From the NCBI GenBank assembly GCA_020073005.1, contig JAIQFX010000037.1, positions 18 through 64,017 on the forward strand: 64,000 bases of DNA, in the 5' to 3' direction. The position numbers were made by a program, and so were the translations under genes. Shown here piece by piece: positions 1 through 8,833 of the stretch; the first letter of the stretch is position 1; each line of letters opens with the position of its first letter. Below the pieces are notes generated by a model. It searched no databases and was not told the origin of the DNA. It saw only the letters and a program-made list of their open reading frames with translations. Source of the stretch: Terriglobia bacterium (GTDB taxonomy: Bacteria; Acidobacteriota; Vicinamibacteria; Vicinamibacterales; CAVVIG01).

Positions 1-931
1 CCATCACGACGATGACAATCACGACGAGCCCGACGATGAGCCGATCGTAGAACGTCGCGCCGGGGATCTGCGGCAGCGCGTTGCGCAGGACGCCGAAAAT
101 CAGCGCGCCCAGCACGGCGCCGACGACCGATCCGCGGCCGCCCGACAGGCTCGCGCCGCCGACGACCGCCGACGCGATGATATCGAGCTCGTACCCCATC
201 GCAAGATCGGCTTTGCCCTGCCCCTGGACGACGGTCAGCGCGATGCCGGACAGGCCGGCGAGCGCCGCCGCGATGAGATACACCGACGCCTGCACGACAC
301 CGACCGACACGCCGGAGAACATCGCGGCCGTCTGGTTGCCGCCGATCGCGAAGACCGCGCGTCCCCACTGAAAGCGCGTCATCAGGATCTGAAAGACGAG
401 CGCCAGCGCGACCATCAGGATCGGCGACGTCCAGTCGAGCGGAAGCCCGATGAAGCGCCACCCGGCCGGCAGCGCGCCCGACACGTCGAAGTAACGACCC
501 TCGGTGACGATGAACGCCACGCCGCGCGCGATCCCCATCACGCCGAGCGTCGCGATGAACGGCGGCAGGCGGACGCCGACCACCAGTGCCGCGCTGATCG
601 CCCCGCAGGCGATCGCGGCCGCGAATCCGGCGCCCGCGCTCGCCGCGAGACTCCAGTGCCCGTCGACGAACAGTCCACCCGCGACGACGCCCGACAGCGC
701 GATCACCGCGCCGGGCGCGAGATCGATCCCGCCCGAAATGATCACGATCGCCGCGCCGACCGCCGCGATGCCGTAGATCGACGAGTACTTCAGGACGAGC
801 AGCGCGTTGGCGGCATTGAAAAATGGGTGCGATCGGCCGCCCTCCGGCCACAGGTACCACGTGAAGAAGACGATCTCGAGCGTCAGGATCGCGACCGTGC
901 TCAGCTCGCGCAGCTCGCCGAATCTCCTCAC
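1..931 (-). CDS. sugar ABC transporter permease (partial; its C-terminal end runs off the window start)
   Basis: Reverse translation reads (V)RRFGELRELSTVAILTLEIVFFTWYLWP...SGGIDLAPGAVIALSGVVAGG...GGASLSGGRGSVVGAVLGALIFGVLRNALPQIPGATFYDRLIVGLVVIVIVVM, an RbsC/AraH-type permease pattern. The GTG at 931 overlaps the upstream ATPase stop (GTGA). It is absent from the ORF track because it runs off the window. Confidence 0.8.
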   Translation of the reverse strand, partial: MRRFGELRELSTVAILTLEIVFFTWYLWPEGGRSHPFFNAANALLVLKYSSIYGIAAVGAAIVIISGGIDLAPGAVIALSGVVAGGLFVDGHWSLAASAGAGFAAAIACGAISAALVVGVRLPPFIATLGVMGIARGVAFIVTEGRYFDVSGALPAGWRFIGLPLDWTSPILMVALALVFQILMTRFQWGRAVFAIGGNQTAAMFSGVSVGVVQASVYLIAAALAGLSGIALTVVQGQGKADLAMGYELDIIASAVVGGASLSGGRGSVVGAVLGALIFGVLRNALPQIPGATFYDRLIVGLVVIVIVVM

Positions 932-2472
932 GCCGCTTCTCCATCTTCACCGGGCGCGGTGGCGGCGAGCCGCATCACGTCTTGTTCGGTGACCTCGCGA
1001 TCGCCCGCGACAATCTCGCCGCGCAGCCGGCCCTCGCGCATCACGAGAATGCGATCGGCCAGCGACAGCACTTCCGGCAGGTCGCTCGAGACGAGCAGGC
1101 ACGCGGTCCCCCGCGACGCCAGATCGCGCACGATGCCGTGAATGTCGAACTTCGCGGCGACGTCGACGCCTTTCGTCGGCTCGTCGAGCAGCAGCACGCG
1201 CGGCTGGAGCGCGAGCCATTTGGCAAGGACGACCTTCTGCTGATTTCCGCCGCTGAGGGCATCGGGACCGACGTCGATCGACGGCGTCTGAATCCGCCAG
1301 TCGCGGACGAGCGCGTCGCACGCGGCACGCTCCGCGCGGCGAATGAGCCACGCGCCTTTCGCATCCGCCGACGGCAGCGCAAGGTTGTGGCGCAGATTCA
1401 GGTTGAAGAAGAGCCCCTGGCGCTGACGATCTTCCGGCACGAGCATGACGCCGGCGCGCGCGGCCGCGCGAGGCGACGTGAATCGCGCAGGCCGGCCATC
1501 GACCGCGATCGATCCGCGGTCGGCGCGTGCGGCGCCGACGATCGTTTCCACGAGCTCGGTCCGGCCCGAGCCGATCAGACCGAACAGGCCGGCGATTTCC
1601 CCGGGCGCGAGTGACAACGACACGTCCTCGAAGTACGGCCGGCGCGTGACGCCGCGCACCTCGAGGCGGGGACCGGGAGGATCGTGGCGTCCGGCTTCAG
1701 CCGGACCAGGTCGATCGGCGCCGCGCCGGACGCCGCGCGTCCTCGGGGGAATCACGCGCCCCACCATCGCCTGGACGACCGCGTCCTGCGTCGCGGCGTG
1801 ACCGTCATACGTGTCGACCACGCGCCCGTCGCGCAGGACGGTGATGCGATCGCAGAGGCGGAACACGTCCGCGAGGCGATGCGAGACGTAGACGATCGTC
1901 ACGCCGGCGCGCTTCAGATCGTCGAGGACGCGAAACACGTGATCCGTCTCCGCCGCCGTCAGAGACGTCGTCGGCTCGTCGAGCGCGAGCGTCCGGCAGT
2001 CGAACGCGAGCGCGCGCGCCACCTGCAGGAGCTGGCGGTACGCGATCGGCAGCGTGTCGACCATGGCGTCCGGCGACACGGGAACCTGCAGCCGCGCCAG
2101 CAGCTCGCGCGCGCGGGCGCGCATCGCCGATTCACGGAGCCATCCGAAACGGCCCGTCAGCTCGCGGCCGGCGAAGATGTTCGCGGTCACCGAGAGATTC
2201 GGAAACGCGAGCATCTCCTGGGGCACGAGGCCGATCCCGCGCGCGAGCGCGTCGCGGGTGCTCGTCAGCGCGACCGGCGATCCTCCGACGCGCAGCTCGC
2301 CGCGGTCGGGATGCAGATCGCCCGCGAGGATCTTCAGCAGCGTCGACTTGCCGGCACCGTTCTCGCCGACGATCGCGTGGGCCGCGCCATCGGCGATCGA
2401 AAACGTGACGTCGCGCAGCGCGGTGACCGCGCCGAACGATTTGTCGATGTGGGCGAAGTCGATCGTCGGCAC
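928..2472 (-). CDS. sugar ABC transporter ATP-binding protein (two ABC domains)
   Basis: Part of track ORF 928..3303. It has VPTIDFAHIDKSFGAVTALRDVTFSIADGAAHAIVGENGAGKSTLLKILAG (Walker A) and a second domain GEIAGLFGLIGSGRTEL ... LSGGNQQKVVLAKWL ... LLLDEPTKGVDV. There is no in-frame ATG near the N-terminus. I infer a GTG start at 2472, because the upstream ORF extension overlaps the lactonase gene. Confidence 0.85.
   Translation of the reverse strand: MPTIDFAHIDKSFGAVTALRDVTFSIADGAAHAIVGENGAGKSTLLKILAGDLHPDRGELRVGGSPVALTSTRDALARGIGLVPQEMLAFPNLSVTANIFAGRELTGRFGWLRESAMRARARELLARLQVPVSPDAMVDTLPIAYRQLLQVARALAFDCRTLALDEPTTSLTAAETDHVFRVLDDLKRAGVTIVYVSHRLADVFRLCDRITVLRDGRVVDTYDGHAATQDAVVQAMVGRVIPPRTRGVRRGADRPGPAEAGRHDPPGPRLEVRGVTRRPYFEDVSLSLAPGEIAGLFGLIGSGRTELVETIVGAARADRGSIAVDGRPARFTSPRAAARAGVMLVPEDRQRQGLFFNLNLRHNLALPSADAKGAWLIRRAERAACDALVRDWRIQTPSIDVGPDALSGGNQQKVVLAKWLALQPRVLLLDEPTKGVDVAAKFDIHGIVRDLASRGTACLLVSSDLPEVLSLADRILVMREGRLRGEIVAGDREVTEQDVMRLAATAPGEDGEAA
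1682..1707 (-). repeat. 26-nt REP-like palindromic element, in-frame inside the ABC ATPase interdomain linker
   Basis: tcgtggcgtccggcttcagccggacc is the reverse complement of ggtccggctgaagccggacgccacga. That is the same 26-mer as at 15346 and close to the copies at 10369, 16845 and 18731. Here it is translated as ...RPGPAEAGRHDPPG... in the linker between the two ABC domains. Confidence 0.75.
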
Positions 2473-2483
2473 GTTCTGCTCAT

Positions 2484-2503
2484 GGTCCGCCTGAAGGCGG
2501 ACC
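2484..2503 (+). repeat. REP-like hairpin (ggtccgcc tgaa ggcggacc) in the 32-nt gap between the lactonase stop and the ATPase start
   Basis: A perfect 8-bp stem with a tgaa loop is visible in the sequence. It has the same core as the copies at 10369 and 16845. Confidence 0.75.
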
Positions 2504-2504
2504 C

Positions 2505-3383
2505 CTATCCTCCAAACCGATTCGCCGGGCGTCCCTGGACGCCGGGCCGGCAGCGGAACACGCCGCCCGCGTGCTGTTGCCGCGCGCGCTCCTCGGGTCC
2601 CAGCGCGGTCGCGGCCGTCGTGATGTAGAGATCGCGGAGATCGCGGCCGCCGAACGCGCACGACGTCGGGTGTGTGACCGGCACGCGGATCTCGCGGTCG
2701 AGCGTTCCGTCCGGCGTGTAGCGACGCACCGCGCTGCCGCCCCAGAACGCGACCCAGATCCCGCCATCGGCGTCGAGCGTCATGCCGTCGGGTGATCCGT
2801 AGTCGGCGGGCACGCGCACGAGCGACCGCCGATTCGAGATCGCGCCGCTCGCGGGATCGAAATCGAAGACGTCGATCGACTTCGTCGGCGTGTCGATGTA
2901 GTACATGCGCCGGCCATCGCCGGTCCAGTCGAGACCGTTCGAGATGCTCACGTCGCGCAGCATCGTGTGGACACGGCCGCCGGGATCGAGCCGGTACAGC
3001 GCGCCGGCGCCGCGTCGATGGTCGAGCGCCATCGTGCCGGCCCAGAAACGGCCGGCCGCATCGCACTTGCCGTCGTTCATACGCCGATCGGGATGATCGG
3101 CTTCGACCTCGGCGATCATCCGCACGCGGCCGGTGTCGAGATCGAGCCGGGCGAAGCCGTTCCGCACGGCCATCACCAGGTCGCCCGCGGCAGCGAGCGC
3201 GACCGCGCTCACCATCGAGCCCGCGTCGTACGTGCGCGACACGTGCGTTTCCGAGTGGAATCGATGGACGCGGTTGCGCTCGATGTCGACGAAGTAAAGG
3301 CACGCCGCATCAGGATCCCAGACGGGACCCTCGCCGAGCTCGGCCTTCGCATCGAACGCCAGCTCGACGTCGTCACTTGTCAC
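2505..3383 (-). CDS. SMP-30/gluconolactonase/LRE-family sugar lactonase
   Basis: 292 aa. AELGEGPVWDPDAACLYFVDIERNRVHRF ... NDGKCDAAGRFWAGTM ... SNGLDWTGDGRRMYYIDTPTKSIDVFDFD ... PDGMTLDADGGIWVAFWGG is a typical six-bladed lactonase motif series. Confidence 0.85.
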   Translation of the reverse strand: MTSDDVELAFDAKAELGEGPVWDPDAACLYFVDIERNRVHRFHSETHVSRTYDAGSMVSAVALAAAGDLVMAVRNGFARLDLDTGRVRMIAEVEADHPDRRMNDGKCDAAGRFWAGTMALDHRRGAGALYRLDPGGRVHTMLRDVSISNGLDWTGDGRRMYYIDTPTKSIDVFDFDPASGAISNRRSLVRVPADYGSPDGMTLDADGGIWVAFWGGSAVRRYTPDGTLDREIRVPVTHPTSCAFGGRDLRDLYITTAATALGPEERARQQHAGGVFRCRPGVQGRPANRFGG

Positions 3384-4587
3384 TCTTCCGCCTTCGCACT
3401 CTTGCCTTCTGACTTCCGCCTTCTTCCTTCTGACTTCTTCCTTCCCTTCGCTCCCACCCGTGCTCGAACAACGTGATGCGTCCGCCGGTCCGCGGATGTT
3501 TCGCGCATGCGTCGTGATTGAGCCGCACGCCGAGGCCCGGCCGCTCCGGCGCCGCGAAGCAGCCGTCCACGCGATCGACCGTCGGCGGCGCGTCGACCAG
3601 TTCCTGCACCCACGGATCGGCGAAGTCGTTGAAGTGCTCGAGGATCTTGTAGTTCGGCGTCGCGACGGCGAAGTGCACGTTCGCCATCGTGCCGACCGGA
3701 CCGCAGACGTTGTGCGGCGCGAGCAACAGCGAGTACGCGTCGGCCCAGCCCGCGAGCCGCTTCATGGCGAGGAAACCGCCGAAGTGCGTGAGGTCGACCT
3801 GCACGACGTCGACGAGGCTCTGCTCGATGAACGGCCGGATATCTTCCATCGTGTGCGCGCGTTCGCCCGTCGCGATCGGCAGGCGCGTCGCCGCCCTCAC
3901 GCGCGCGGTCGCCTGGGGATTTTCCGGCGCCACGGGCTCTTCGATCCACGCGGGATCGAACGGCTCGAGCCGCGCGGCGACCTTGATGGCCGTCGCCGGC
4001 GTGAAGCGTCCGTGCATCTCGACGAGAATCTGGACGTCGGGACCGACGGCCTCGCGCACCGCCGCGACGATCGCGACCGCCTGTCGCAGATCGGCGGCGG
4101 CGATCTCCGCGCTCGCCGCTCCGAACGGATCGAGCTTGAGCGCGCGATAGCCGCGGTCCACGACCGCGCGCGCGAGCGACGCGATCGATTTCGGATCGCG
4201 GTCGGATTGATACCAGCCGTTCGCGTACGCCGGCACGCGATCGCGGAAGCGTCCGCCCAGCAGCTTCCAGATCGGCACGCCGAGCGACTGCCCCATCAGA
4301 TCCCAGCTCGCGACGTCGAACGCCGCAAGCGCCGACTGCGTGATCTCCTCAGGCCGGCCGTACTCGGCCCGGAGCACGTTCCACGAGAGGCGCTCCACGT
4401 CGAACGGATCGGTATCGATGACGTGGCGCGGCGCCAGCTCGTCGATGCACGCGAGGAGCGTGCTCGTCTTGTTGACCATCCGCACTTCGGAGACGCCGGT
4501 GCGCCCGTCGTCTGTCACGAGCTCGAGAAACACGAGCTCGCGCCATGGTGTACCGACGACAGTGGTGCGCGCTCCAACGATGTTCAT
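3373..4587 (-). CDS. enolase-superfamily (mandelate racemase/muconate lactonizing) sugar-acid dehydratase
   Basis: 404 aa. SALAAFDVASWDLMGQSLGVPIWKLLGG ... YRALKLDPFG ... ILVEMHGRF ... AWIEEPV ... IATGER. The ATG overlaps the SDR stop (ATGA). The last roughly 25 aa (GRSQKEEGGSQKARVRRRKSDK) are encoded by the lower-GC direct repeat at 3404-3436 and may not be ancestral. Confidence 0.85.
   Translation of the reverse strand: MNIVGARTTVVGTPWRELVFLELVTDDGRTGVSEVRMVNKTSTLLACIDELAPRHVIDTDPFDVERLSWNVLRAEYGRPEEITQSALAAFDVASWDLMGQSLGVPIWKLLGGRFRDRVPAYANGWYQSDRDPKSIASLARAVVDRGYRALKLDPFGAASAEIAAADLRQAVAIVAAVREAVGPDVQILVEMHGRFTPATAIKVAARLEPFDPAWIEEPVAPENPQATARVRAATRLPIATGERAHTMEDIRPFIEQSLVDVVQVDLTHFGGFLAMKRLAGWADAYSLLLAPHNVCGPVGTMANVHFAVATPNYKILEHFNDFADPWVQELVDAPPTVDRVDGCFAAPERPGLGVRLNHDACAKHPRTGGRITLFEHGWERREGRSQKEEGGSQKARVRRRKSDK
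3404..3436. repeat. lower-GC direct repeat (ccttctgacttc twice, 21 nt apart) at the dehydratase/lactonase junction
   Basis: ccttctgacttc occurs at 3404-3415 and 3425-3436, inside a pyrimidine-rich stretch that is atypical for this GC-rich window. Confidence 0.6.
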
Positions 4588-5357
4588 GACGCGTACATGA
4601 TGCTGAGCCCGCCGTCGGCGGCGAGCGACGCGCCGGTGATCGCCGACGCTTCATCGGACGCGACGAACGCGATCAGATTCGCGATCTCGGCCGGCGTGGC
4701 GATCCGCCCGAGCGGATGCAGCGCGAGCGTGCGGCGCTCCGCTTCGACGGGATCGGGTTGCGTTCGCAGCCACTCTTCGACGAGCCGCGTGCGCGTGTAG
4801 CCCGGCAGCACGGCGTTCACGCGAATGCCGAGCGGCGCGTACTCGAGCGCGAGGCTGCGCGTCAGCCCGACGAGTCCGGACTTCGCCGACGCGTACGGAA
4901 ACATGCCGGCGATCGTCATCGTCGCGTGAATCGACGCGATGTTCACGATCGATCCGCGGCGCGCGCGCTTCATCGCCGGCAGCGCGTGCTTGGCGCACAG
5001 CCACGCGCCTTTCAGATCGACGGCGAACACGCGATCCCACTGCGCCTCGGTCATCTCGGTCGCGTCGAAATAGGCGTTCACACCGGCGTTGTTCACGAGG
5101 ACGTCGATCGTCTGGTGACGGCTCAGCACGTCCTCCATCGCGGCGCGCACGTCGGCCTCGGACGTGATGTCGGCGCGGCGAAACTCCGCGCGCACGCCGG
5201 CCGCCGCGAGCTGCGCGGCGGCCTCGCGTCCCGCCGCGTCGTCGAGATCGACGAACGTCACCAGCGCGCCTTCGGCCGCGAACTTCTCGACGGTGGCGCG
5301 CCCGATGCCGCGCGCGCCGCCCGTGACGAGGGCAACTTTTCCGGGAAGGCGAAGCAT
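4584..5357 (-). CDS. SDR-family oxidoreductase (sugar or 2-keto-3-deoxy-sugar-acid dehydrogenase type)
   Basis: 257 aa. KVALVTGGARGIGRA (TGxxxGIG), NNAG, and the YASAKSG catalytic Y-x3-K. Confidence 0.85.
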   Translation of the reverse strand: MLRLPGKVALVTGGARGIGRATVEKFAAEGALVTFVDLDDAAGREAAAQLAAAGVRAEFRRADITSEADVRAAMEDVLSRHQTIDVLVNNAGVNAYFDATEMTEAQWDRVFAVDLKGAWLCAKHALPAMKRARRGSIVNIASIHATMTIAGMFPYASAKSGLVGLTRSLALEYAPLGIRVNAVLPGYTRTRLVEEWLRTQPDPVEAERRTLALHPLGRIATPAEIANLIAFVASDEASAITGASLAADGGLSIMYAS

Positions 5358-5381
5358 GCGGGGGTAATACTATACGGCGCG

Positions 5382-6566
5382 ATGCGGTGTCCACACCTCA
5401 ACTCGTGCGCGCTCGCCCTCGCGTCCGTCGCGGCCCTCGCCGCCGGGTGCGGCTCCCCGCCCGCGCGCGTGGAGACGACGAAAGCGGCGATGAGCCGCGC
5501 GCCGTTCGGCCGCATGCCTGACGGCACGGCCGTCGAAATCTTTACGCTCACGAGCGGCGCGGGCATGGAAGTGCGGACGATGCCGTACGGCGCGGCGCTC
5601 GTGTCCATCCGCGTGCCTGACCGCAACGGCAAAGCAGACGATGTCGTGCTGGGCTTCGACGCGCTGGACGAGTACGTCACGAAGAACCGCTTCTTCGGCG
5701 TCGTCGTCGGCCGTTACGGCAACCGGATCGCGAAAGGACGCTTCACGCTCGACGGCAAGACGTACACGCTCGCGACCAACAACGGCGTCAACCATCTGCA
5801 CGGCGGCGTCAAGGGCTTCGACAAGGTCGTCTGGACTGCTGAGCCGTTCGAGCGCGACGGCGACGTCGGCGTCGTCTACAGCCACGCAAGTCCGGACGGC
5901 GACGAAGGGTACCCGGGCGCGCTGAGCATGCGGGTGACGTACACGCTCTCGCCGTCGAACGCGCTGACCGTCGACTACGACGCCACGACCGACAAGCCGA
6001 CGCCGATCAACCTGACGCAGCACAGCTACTTCAATCTCGCGGGCGAGGGCGGCGGCGACATCCTCGACCATCAACTCACGATCGACGCCGATCGTTTCAC
6101 GCCGGTCGACGACTCGCTGATTCCAACGGGCGAGCTCGCGCGGGTCGCCGGCACCCCGTTCGACTTCCGCCAGCCGACAGCGATCGGCGCGCGCATCGGC
6201 GCGGATCATCCGCAGCTGAAGGCCGGAAACGGGTACGACCACAACTTCGTGTTGAACAAGACGTCAGCCGGGTCCGAAGGACCCGCCCTGCATCCGGAGC
6301 ACGCCGCGCGCGTTGTGGATCCGAAGAGCGGCCGCACGCTCGACGTCTCGACGACGCAGCCGGGCGTGCAGTTCTACTCCGGCAATTTCCTGGACGGATC
6401 GGTGACGGGGAAATCGGGACACGCCTACGCGCGTCGATCGGGACTGTGCCTCGAAACCCAGCACTTTCCCGATTCGCCGAACCATCCTGATTTTCCGTCG
6501 ACGATTCTGCGGCCGGGCGAACGGTATCAGTCGAGGACCGTGTTCGCGTTTGGAGTGACGAAGTAG
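5382..6566 (+). CDS. galM: aldose 1-epimerase (galactose mutarotase family), lipoprotein-type signal
   Basis: Within track ORF 4716..6566, with the start at the ATG at 5382 (MRCPHLNSCALALASVAALAAGCGS). Motifs are GRYGNRIAKGRFTLDGKTYTLATNNGVNHLHGG, KGFDKVVW, TPINLTQHSYFNL, YDHNFVL and GLCLETQHFPDSPN. Confidence 0.85.
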   Translation: MRCPHLNSCALALASVAALAAGCGSPPARVETTKAAMSRAPFGRMPDGTAVEIFTLTSGAGMEVRTMPYGAALVSIRVPDRNGKADDVVLGFDALDEYVTKNRFFGVVVGRYGNRIAKGRFTLDGKTYTLATNNGVNHLHGGVKGFDKVVWTAEPFERDGDVGVVYSHASPDGDEGYPGALSMRVTYTLSPSNALTVDYDATTDKPTPINLTQHSYFNLAGEGGGDILDHQLTIDADRFTPVDDSLIPTGELARVAGTPFDFRQPTAIGARIGADHPQLKAGNGYDHNFVLNKTSAGSEGPALHPEHAARVVDPKSGRTLDVSTTQPGVQFYSGNFLDGSVTGKSGHAYARRSGLCLETQHFPDSPNHPDFPSTILRPGERYQSRTVFAFGVTK

Positions 6567-7795
6567 TGGCCACGGATCCGGCGTCGCCGGTTCCCGCGGC
6601 GGACACGACGAAGCCGCCTGCGCGGGAGCGGCCGTCGATCGTCAATCGCATGATCCGGCTCAGCGACATCCTCGGAGCGCTGCGCACCATCCTCACCAGC
6701 GTGGCGGTGTTCGCCGCGTTGACGGCCGTTGTCGGCCTCGGCATCCGTGAAACGCTGCAGAACGCGACGGTGATCGATCCGATCGAGCTTCCGAAGGATC
6801 TCGTCGACGTCGGCTACTCCCCGCAGGTCTTCGCCGCGCGGCTCGGCGACGAGCGGCAAGCCATCTACAAGCAGTCGAAAACGCGCGCGGAGTCCGAGAA
6901 GAACAGCGCGGACCCCGATCGGATCGTGAATGAGGGGACGCAGGCCAATCTCGACATCCCGGGCACGGGTCTCTCCGTCAAGTCCGTGATCCGCTTCGGG
7001 CGTCAGGTGCTGGGCCTGCCGGAAACGCACATCGGCGGCGACGCCACGCACGAGGGCCAGGATCTGGTGCTGGTGTTGCGGAGCGCCGGCGGAAACTCGA
7101 GCGCGCCGGTGCGCGTGCGCGCGTCCGACGTCAACGATCTGCTGCGGCTCGGCGCGCGGGAAGTCGTCAAGATGATCGAGCCGTACATCCTGGCCGCGTA
7201 CACCTACGAGCAGGAAGTGGACGACGGCGACTTCACGACGACGCTCGAGTTGATTCAGTACTGTCTCGACCACCCGCCGGCGTCCGACGATCGGCGCGCG
7301 TACGATCTCTGGGGGCAGGTGCTGGCGAAGCAGGGCGACACGGACGGCGCGATCGCCAAGTATCAGAAGGCGCTCTCGCTCGAGCCGAAGGATGCCTTCG
7401 CCCACAACGAATGGGGCACGATTCTCGTCGACAACGGCGACGGCGCAGGAGCGGTCGAACACTACCGGCGGGCGCTCGAGATCTCGCCGCGGGATCGCGG
7501 CATTCTCGCGAGCAACATGTGCAACGCGCTGAACGTCGCGCAACGGTACGACGAGGCGCTGGTCCAGTGCCTCGAGGCGACGAGCGCCGATCCGAAGTAC
7601 GCGCCCGCGCACCACAACATGGGCCTGACGTACGAGCATCTCAAGCGGTACGACCAGGCCATCGAAGAGTACAAGACAGCGCGAACCCTCGCGCCCAAGC
7701 TGGCCGAGCCGTGTCAGGGCTGGTCGAACGTGCTGACCGCGCAGCACAAGGACGCGAAGACGGACGCCGCGTTCAAGTCGTTGTGCGGGACGTGA
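6566..7795 (+). CDS. membrane-anchored TPR-repeat protein
   Basis: 409 aa. It has an N-terminal TM segment (ILTSVAVFAALTAVVGLGI). The C-terminal half carries repeated TPR-like units (DGAIAKYQKALSLEPKDAFAHNEWG, GAVEHYRRALEISPRD, YDEALVQCLEATSADPKYAPAHHNMG, YDQAIEEYKTARTLAP). Confidence 0.7.
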   Translation: MATDPASPVPAADTTKPPARERPSIVNRMIRLSDILGALRTILTSVAVFAALTAVVGLGIRETLQNATVIDPIELPKDLVDVGYSPQVFAARLGDERQAIYKQSKTRAESEKNSADPDRIVNEGTQANLDIPGTGLSVKSVIRFGRQVLGLPETHIGGDATHEGQDLVLVLRSAGGNSSAPVRVRASDVNDLLRLGAREVVKMIEPYILAAYTYEQEVDDGDFTTTLELIQYCLDHPPASDDRRAYDLWGQVLAKQGDTDGAIAKYQKALSLEPKDAFAHNEWGTILVDNGDGAGAVEHYRRALEISPRDRGILASNMCNALNVAQRYDEALVQCLEATSADPKYAPAHHNMGLTYEHLKRYDQAIEEYKTARTLAPKLAEPCQGWSNVLTAQHKDAKTDAAFKSLCGT

Positions 7796-7797
7796 AT

Positions 7798-8830
7798 CAC
7801 CGCGGGCCGGGCGGCAGATGCTCGAGGCCCTGATAGTGGACGTTGTCGTCGCCGGATCCATGGACGACGAGCAGCGTGCCCTTCAGTCCATCGGCGAAAG
7901 TGATCGGCGATCCGATCCACGGCCGGCGGCGTGTCGGCGCGCGAGTACGTGTGAAACGCCCAGCGGCCGTCGCCCGGAGATCTGATAGCCGTGCGTCCCG
8001 CGCTGCCCCGCCGGCGTGACGCGCTCGATCGATCCGGTGCCGTCCAGCTTCACGCGATACAGAAAGCGCTCGATGGCCGAGCCGGGCGACGCGATGAAGT
8101 ACGCCCAGCCGCCCTTCACGTCGATCGACAGCACGTCGACGACGTCGCCGTCGAACTTCGTCAGCAGGCGCGCGCCGGAGCCGTCGAGGGCAACCTCATA
8201 TAGATGCAGCCAGCCGTCCTGCTCGCTGGCCCATGTCACCGCCTTCCCGCCGTCGAGCTCCTCTTCGTTCACCCAGTCCGACGTCCCGTTGACGATCGTG
8301 TCGGAGCCGTCGCTCGTCAGCCGGCGGATGCTCCCCGACGCAAGCTCTTCCAGGTAAATGTCGCGATCGCGGACGTACGCGACGCGCGATCCGTCCGGCG
8401 AGACCGTCGCGAACATCAACGACGACTCGGGCGCGCTGCCGCCGATCTTGCGGAGCGTGCGCGCCTCGCGGTCCAGCAGCCAGTAGTCGCCGCGCGTGTT
8501 CTGGCGCCAGACGCGCTTCGTGTTGGTGAAGATGAGCGCGCGCTTCCGATCCGGCGACCATTGATAGTTCGCCACCGCGAGCGGCGTCGTCGCGCCCTCC
8601 GGCGTCAGGAGGGCCGCATTCGCGAGCACTTCGCGCGCGCCGGACGCCGCGTCGTACGCGACGAGCACGCGCGTTCCGTTCACGCGCTCGACGACGCCGT
8701 ACGACCCGTCGCCGAACCAGACCGCCGGCCCGAACGTGGCGGCGTTGTACTCATTCGATTGGAAGATGCGCCGCAGCTCCTGATCGAGCGCCGCCGGCAG
8801 CTGCGCCTGCAGCGCGACGGTGAAAGGCTC
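7798..8830 (-). pseudogene. remnant of a dipeptidyl-peptidase IV / S9B peptidase with multiple deletions and frame changes
   Basis: Track ORF 7883..8683 reads DPP-IV N-terminal propeller motifs (YQWSPDRKRALIFTNT..WRQNTRGDYWLLD, VSPDGSRVAYVRDRDIYLEEL, NGTSDWVNEEEL), then jumps directly to WASEQDGWLHLYEV.

A second frame continues DGRWAFHTYSRADTPP. A third frame reads ITFADGLKGTLLVVHGSGDDNVHYQGLEHL, the extreme C-terminal part of the catalytic domain.

There is no signal peptide or start codon, because the upstream gene's stop is at 8834. Confidence 0.6.
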
Positions 8831-8833
8831 GCG

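Noticed and set aside
2473-3303. N-terminal 276-aa extension of track ORF 928..3303 (791 aa) upstream of the ABC ATPase domain.
   Set aside because: The extension is Arg-rich nonsense and overlaps the well-supported lactonase gene in another frame. The ATPase homology begins at VPTIDFAHIDKSFG, so a GTG start at 2472 is used.
6270-6284. The hairpin gggtccgaaggaccc inside the mutarotase gene, considered as a definite REP insertion.
   Set aside because: It is shorter, has a different loop from the 26-nt family, and lies in a naturally variable loop of GalM. I mention it only as a possible case within the REP finding.
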